A stretch of DNA of 64,000 nucleotides. It comes from the human T2T-CHM13v2.0 reference genome, Homo sapiens. The translations under genes were made by a program, and so were the position numbers. The stretch is from assembly GCF_009914755.1 (NCBI RefSeq), contig NC_060932.1. One strand, 5' to 3'. A model generated the notes under the pieces. The model was not told where the DNA came from. It worked only from the letters and a program-made list of their open reading frames with translations, and did no database searches. Below, in pieces: positions 56,427 to 64,000 of the stretch (positions are counted from its first letter, which is position 1; each line of letters begins with the position of its first letter).

Positions 56427-56525
56427 TATTCTACTGGTTTTGAGCATAATCTCTAGAACCAACCACCTTGGTTCAAATCCTGGCTCTACCACTTATTAGT
56501 CGGGACTTTAAACAAGTTACTATCT

Positions 56526-56695
56526 AATGGTGTCTTTGTGAACCAGTTCTTGTGGATCAGAGACAGGGGGCTTGATTTACAGCACTTGCCATTTCCCATG
56601 GTGTAAATATTCCCATCATGGGCAATTCAAGCTATCAATGTGATGTCACTGAATGCTGAGTTGGGAAGAGATGTATAATACATAACCAGCTCAAG
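56526..56695. mobile_element. MER63-like hAT remnant
   Basis: ccatggtgtaaatattcccatcatgggcaattcaagctatcaatgtgatgtcactgaa...gagttgggaagagatg. Confidence 0.7.
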
Positions 56696-57495
56696 ATAAT
56701 AAACATCTGAAAAAAAAAATCTGTACATCCTAGGGTTTTGGTAGGGACTAAATGAGCTTAAATATGTGGCATATAAAGCATGGAATAAAGGTGAACTATC
56801 ATCATCATCTTACTAGTTCATGAAAAATTATGATTTTCTATTTTGTTAAATCTCAGGAATAAAATCAATCACAAATAAATTTTAACTATTTCTGCATGCA
56901 AATTTAAAGGCTCTAAAGAAATTTGCCTATGTGGCAGTGTTTTCCTCTTTCATCAACTTCTTATGTAAAATTTTATGTGCCCCAAACTATATTACAATCT
57001 GCATGGTAATAATAATCCATTATACAAGTCTTATTTGGACTTGTAATAGAAAACCTTAGACATTTTTACGAGGTAATACTTTTTAAAACAAATCTTTTGT
57101 TTCACATCAAATTGTACTAGAAAGAAATTTACACTCTCAACATAACACTAAAAAATACAAATAGGTGAGTTTCAATAATTTGAATATAAATAAGATAAGC
57201 ACTCAACTCTGCCCAATCTTACTGAAATTATTTTCAGATACACTTCACACAAAATCAAAATACAGTATTTGATTTGTGATGACTCTGAAAATAATCACTG
57301 CAAAAATAACCCTATTTTTGTCATTCTTTTTTGCCTCTTTAAGAGGATTTTTCTGTATCAATTCAGTTCTACACTTGCATATATCCACACAATTAAAAAA
57401 TTTTAATGTTGTCAAAATATGTAGTAGTAATGAAAGAACCAAGAAAAAAATCTAAAATGGAAAAACCCTCTGATTATTTTCAATGAAATCTGTCA

Positions 57496-57717
<222 letters not shown>

Positions 57718-58108
57718 CTAGAAGAGTAGATTAAAGGGAATGATTCATTACCAAGTAAAATTTCAATTCAACATAAAAAAATGTGTGTATTAAGTCTAAC
57801 TAGTGGTATTTCCTCGGGAAGGAGCTGACATCTTTACAACAGTATTCTGAGTTTACAAAATGATTATAAAGAGAATACATGCAGAATGTAGAAAATTTAG
57901 AATGAAATAAAAGTAAATTTTAATATTCTATTATACTACCATTGAAAGGTAACATTTGTGACTATTTTTTCTTTCATGTAAATAAAATCCACACATTGAT
58001 AACTTTGTAAAAACAGTTTTGTAAGTCTTCCTCATATCATTAAACATTCTTCATAAGCATTCTTAATTAGCAGTGTGGTCGCTGAGCTTTGAAGCCAGAT
58101 AACCCTAG

Positions 58109-58736
<628 letters not shown>

Positions 58737-59033
58737 ATCAGTTTTTCATCTGTAAAATGAAAATCATCACCAGCTTAGATGGCTGTTGTTAGGATCAAAA
58801 ATATTTCTAAAGTATCTAGGAAATACCTGGCATATGAGTGACACTCAAAAAAGGTGAAAATTATCATTATTATGCAATTATACTACCATTGTGTGGATGT
58901 AGCACAATTTAACCACTCCTGCTGTAGAATATTTACATTGCTTTATTTTTTGAATATATGTAATTACACATTTATTTTTGGCTATTATCAAAAAATTCTA
59001 AAATTACAATGACATCTTTTGGATATTAACCTC

Positions 59034-59545
59034 TGTGGTAGGCAACATCTAAAATATTCCTAATGACTTGATCTCCTGGTATTCATGCCCTTGTGTGATC
59101 CCTTCCCCTAGAGCGTGGGCTGGACCTCGTGCTTACTTCTAGCAAACAGGCAAGAGCAGAAGTGAGGAGATGCCACTTCCAAAATTAGGTTACAAAATGA
59201 ATAGGACTTCCACTTCTTCCTCAAGCAAGTAAGCTGCCATGCTCTAAGTAGCTCCCATGGAGAGACCCAATGTGGCAAGGAACTGATGTCTTCAGTCAAT
59301 AGCTAGCAAAAATAGTCTGGAAAAATAGCCAGTCAATAGCCTGGAAGTGAATCCTGCCCGAGTCAAGCCTTAAGATGATGCAGCCCTGGCCAAAACCTTG
59401 ATTGCAGCATTGTGAGGGAGCCTGAGTCAGAGGTACCCAGCTAGTTGCACAGGAATTCCTGACCCAGAGAAATTGTGAGACAATAAATGATTGTTTTAAG
59501 CTACTAAGTTTTGAAGTGATCTGGTATACAGCAATACATGACACA
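59034..59545 (+). mobile_element. MLT1E/F-like LTR
   Basis: tgtggtaggc...cctggtattcatgcccttgtgtgatccc...gtgggctggacct...gttttaagctactaagtttt. Confidence 0.85.
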
Positions 59546-59549
59546 CGTA

Positions 59550-60850
59550 TCTTAACTCTGGTAGGATAGATCACTAGAAGTAGAATTATTGGTTCAAATA
59601 GTAAAAAACTTATTTTCCAAAATGTTCACAATGATTTAACACACCTGTCAGTATGTGATACATGAATGTGTCCATTGTGTCATACTGTTACCAACTGTAG
59701 GTATTAAATTTTAATCTTTCTTATTTTGATAGGAGTAAAAATGATGTTTCCTCATTAATCTGTACTATTTTATATTGACACATTTTCTACATATGTTTTT
59801 TATTCACATTTCCTTATGGCTTCATTTGTTCACATTTGCTTTTTTTATTGGGATGTTAAGTGTTTTTCTTGTTTATTTGTAAGAACTATTTATATAGTGA
59901 GGGCTATCTGTTGTCTATTATATGTAGCATATAGTTTTCGCTAAAGTGTCCTTTATCTCTTAATTTTATGTTTTGACATACAAATGTTTTTAAATTTTTA
60001 TATAATCAAATATTATCTATTTTTTCCTCTTATTTTTCCACTGCATTTAGCTTTAGAAAGTGTTTTAAGAGTATATTGTTGGTTTCTACCTATATATTTC
60101 TTCTGATTATGTTTTCCTTTTTAGCATTCACCACTTATTCCTTCTGAAATTTATTCAAATTAAAGGTGAGGATATAGCCTGATCCCTCCCCGTTCCAGTA
60201 GCCAATTTTCCCAGCATTAGATACCAAATAATCAATAACTTCTCCATGGACTTATTATGTATACTTCAGTAGAAATAAAAGTTACTTTATATAAAAAGGG
60301 CTTATTTGGAGCTCTAATACTGTCCATGTATATTTTAAATCTTCTACTAGAACTAAAACATGGGTATCTCAAATCTCGTACTGAAACCAAATTGTAATAA
60401 AGACTACCAGTTAATACGTGGCAAGGAATTTCCCATTCTATTCAAACTCCTTCTTTACGCTTCTTTTAAAAATGGCCATAACTGTTCTTGGCCATATTTA
60501 TTCTTGCAGATCATTCTGTCACTCAAAAAAAATCAGTACATTTCATATTGGGATTAAGGCAAATCTGCAAATTAATCTGGATAGACCTGAAATCTCTACA
60601 ATATTAGGTATTCTTATCCAGAAATTTTTCTATAATTACTCAAAATCTTCTTTTATACCTCTTACTAAAGTTTGGTCACTTTATTCACATATCTCATGCA
60701 TTTCTTGTTAGTTTATTTCTAAGCACTTCATGTTATTATTGTTGCCACTACTACTGATTTTGAAAGTAACTTTTCCACATCCCCATCTGAGTATTACTGG
60801 TATATAAGAAAGCTACTGGCCACTATATTAAACTTTTTTACAAATTTTAA
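59550..60850 (-). mobile_element. Ancient L1M remnant
   Basis: T-rich, reverse-L1-like motifs (gccaattttcccagca, ttcttggccatatttattctt); boundaries approximate. Confidence 0.55.
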
Positions 60851-61355
60851 AATCTGATACTTTAATCAGCTATAGGTGAATCTATAACTATTAATACAAC
60901 CAAATCTAAAAATCATTTCACATTTTCAGTAAAACTACATTCAACTATATTAATAGATAATGAACTGGAGATGCATCACTGCTGATTTGGAAAGAATATT
61001 ACAGTGACTGGTTGTTAACAATCCACCTTATCGATCACTGACTCAACTGCTCATGCGAGATGCTCCAAGAAGTGCTTGGAAGAGATAAAAAGACACAATG
61101 CCTACCACTGATGGATTTACACACTGACAAATACACATAAACTACCTCAGAAACAGGCAGAATGGGGAGCATTGAGAAGGCCTACATGCTGAGCATTAAA
61201 GAATAAAGGATGAAAATTAGTTGTAGAAGTGGAAACCAAAGCGTAACTTTTTGGGAAGAGAGGGATTCAAGGCAGACACTGAAAGCCTAGTATGAGTTTG
61301 GCAAGCAAAGATAGATAGGATGAGGAAGGCAGGTGTTTCAAGAAGAGAATGAACA

Positions 61356-61466
61356 AAAGATGAACAGCTTCCAAATCATTTTATTTTATTTTATTTTATT
61401 TTATTTTATTTTATTTTTTTTGAGACGGACTCTTCGCTGTGTCACCCAGGCTAGAGTGCAATGGCA
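61356..61466 (+). repeat. Diverged local copy of 62229-62327 (unique flank + Alu tail + Alu 3' end) with expanded (tttta)n
   Basis: Both loci share aaagatgaacagcttcc and cccaggctagagtgcaatggca. Confidence 0.8.
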
Positions 61467-61968
61467 GGGAAAGTACAGAATATATTCATAAAGTTGGCAG
61501 TACAGCTAGGATTGTTTATACGACACACACAAATCCCGTAAAATAAAGACAGGAAAACTACATGGGGTGATACTTGTTGGGGCCTTGGATAAAAGAGGAA
61601 GGAGCCTATACTCAGAGGAAAGGTACCAGGGAGTCTAGTCAAAGAATGATGTGAATGGAGCTAAGCTGAGCAAGGTTCCTTCTTCAATTTAGAGCACTTA
61701 CAGGAGCAGAGAAATTTCTTTAGAATAAACATGTCAAATAAAGAAAATGAGAACATATGACAAAAATGAATGTTATAAAATTATATTGCAGTTAATAACA
61801 AAACATTACATATTATGTAAGTTATCTTTAAAATAAATATCTCAGTTCAAAAATTTCAGAATGCAACACTTCTGGCCACAACCTTTACCTTTAAATGTAA
61901 TGAAGCTTCTCTAAATAGAACACATAATTGACATTCATAGATGACATCAATAATATTCAAATTGGTAA

Positions 61969-62563
<595 letters not shown>

Positions 62564-63611
62564 TATTTTAATATGGCATTTTCTATAAGCAAAAATTTTA
62601 CTCAGAATCTCCATCTAGCTCAGTCTTTGACAAACATATTTGGAATACTTGTTCCCACAAGGAGATGCATCCAGCCTTCTCTCCCCAGTAAGTCTTCAAG
62701 CACCAAAGTTATAAAATTCTGTCTCCTTGTTCTACTTTGTAGAAAGACATTAAACATGAGCCTAGATCAATACCATTGGAATTCCTGCTTGCAGTACCCA
62801 GCATTTTGGCTCAGGAGTTGTATTCCAAATCAAAGAACCCCTACACTTCTCAACCTAGGATATCGATGCTATCTTGCTAGTTAGTTTCTATGATGAGATA
62901 CCACAGCAAGAGTTTAAGGGATGGCAAACACCAACTGATTGCTGTCATCTCATGTTTTAAAAACTCTAGAAGCACTATAAAATTATATATCCTCTTATTC
63001 CCAGAGGTACAGTGATATACTTGGAGATGTGATTCACTTAACTGGGTCAGCAGGGGTTAACATGTGGAACATCACTTCACCACTATACCAAATAGATCCT
63101 GAAAACAAAGAAGTACTCCATCTGGGAGGGAAAAAAATGAGAGGAAAAAAAACTAATTCTGAAGAGCAAGAGCTGATTCACCTCTGAACACAGCATTTCT
63201 GGAGCTGACAACAGAGAACCTCTGTCTTCAGATCATTCACTGAAGCTGGGGTTGTGGTCGGTCCTCTTAGGCACAGCACCAAGCACAGCTCTCAGGAAAC
63301 CTGACCCAGCTCTTCTGCTTTCTAAGATTATAGCTTTTTACACAATGGCTTTACCACTTTGATTTAACCCACCAAGAAACTTTGTTTTTACATAGAATAT
63401 CTTGGCATGGATGTAATAAAAAATATAAAGGTGACCAGTATTCAGAAGACCTCAAATTTTATGTGCAGCTCTGTGAATCTAGCATTAATTTTGGCAAATT
63501 ATACCTTCCTGTATAGACTTGTTGCTTGGTATTTGGGATGCTGCTTATTAACAAAGTTACTGTTAAAATATTATAAATTCCAATTAAAATACATTTAATT
63601 ATATTATATAT

Positions 63612-63655
63612 GAAAAAATCATGAATCCCTATAGAAAAAAATCATGAATCCCTAT
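63612..63655. repeat. ~22-bp tandem duplication
   Basis: gaaaaaatcatgaatccctat occurs twice. Confidence 0.9.
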
Positions 63656-64000
63656 GACTGTTAAGAAAGGATTGGTCAAGAGAAATTAAAATGACCAGTT
63701 TGGTCTTTTCATCTAATTAATATTTACTGATAATTTTACTGTACATATCCCCAAAATACTTCCTATTAATATTTCAGAAAAATTGGGGAACAGAGAAAAA
63801 GAATTCAGAAGCGGCAACTATTTTTCACTCTCAGAAAATCAAAACTTTAAAAATCAGTTTCAAGAAAAACATTAACTACCTATTCTCTTTCCTTTGCTCC
63901 CCAAAATACCTCTTCATCTTTTCTGTGTTCCCAATCTCAGCGGCCCTAGCTGGAGACCTCATCAGTCAGGCACATAGCTAATTCCTCATTTCCCACATTC

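Overview
Primate (almost certainly human) genomic DNA, AT-rich and repeat-dense. The right-hand quarter holds the 3' part of TMEM64 on the minus strand: a 156-nt internal coding exon (57562-57717), the last coding exon (51680-51871) and a ~3.7-kb 3' UTR ending near 48000. The first coding exon lies beyond the window. Positions 1-48000 show no protein-coding gene. They contain Alus, MaLR and ERV1 LTRs (THE1, MLT1, MST, MER41-like, LTR9-like, LTR12), old L1/L2/MIR, a 7SL fragment, and a ~9.8-kb two-LTR class I provirus (34658-44441, tRNA-Pro PBS) with a complete THE1 nested in it. I found no new protein-coding system. The most unusual features are: (i) a perfect 452-bp non-tandem duplication with junction microhomology beside an LTR12 promoter; (ii) a second, older local copy of the same kind in TMEM64 intron 1; (iii) a degenerate tRNA-Glu inside the provirus; (iv) G-to-A asymmetry between the provirus LTRs; (v) a palindrome cluster just past the TMEM64 poly(A) site. 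Repeat subfamily names come from my memory of consensus sequences and need Dfam/RepeatMasker confirmation.
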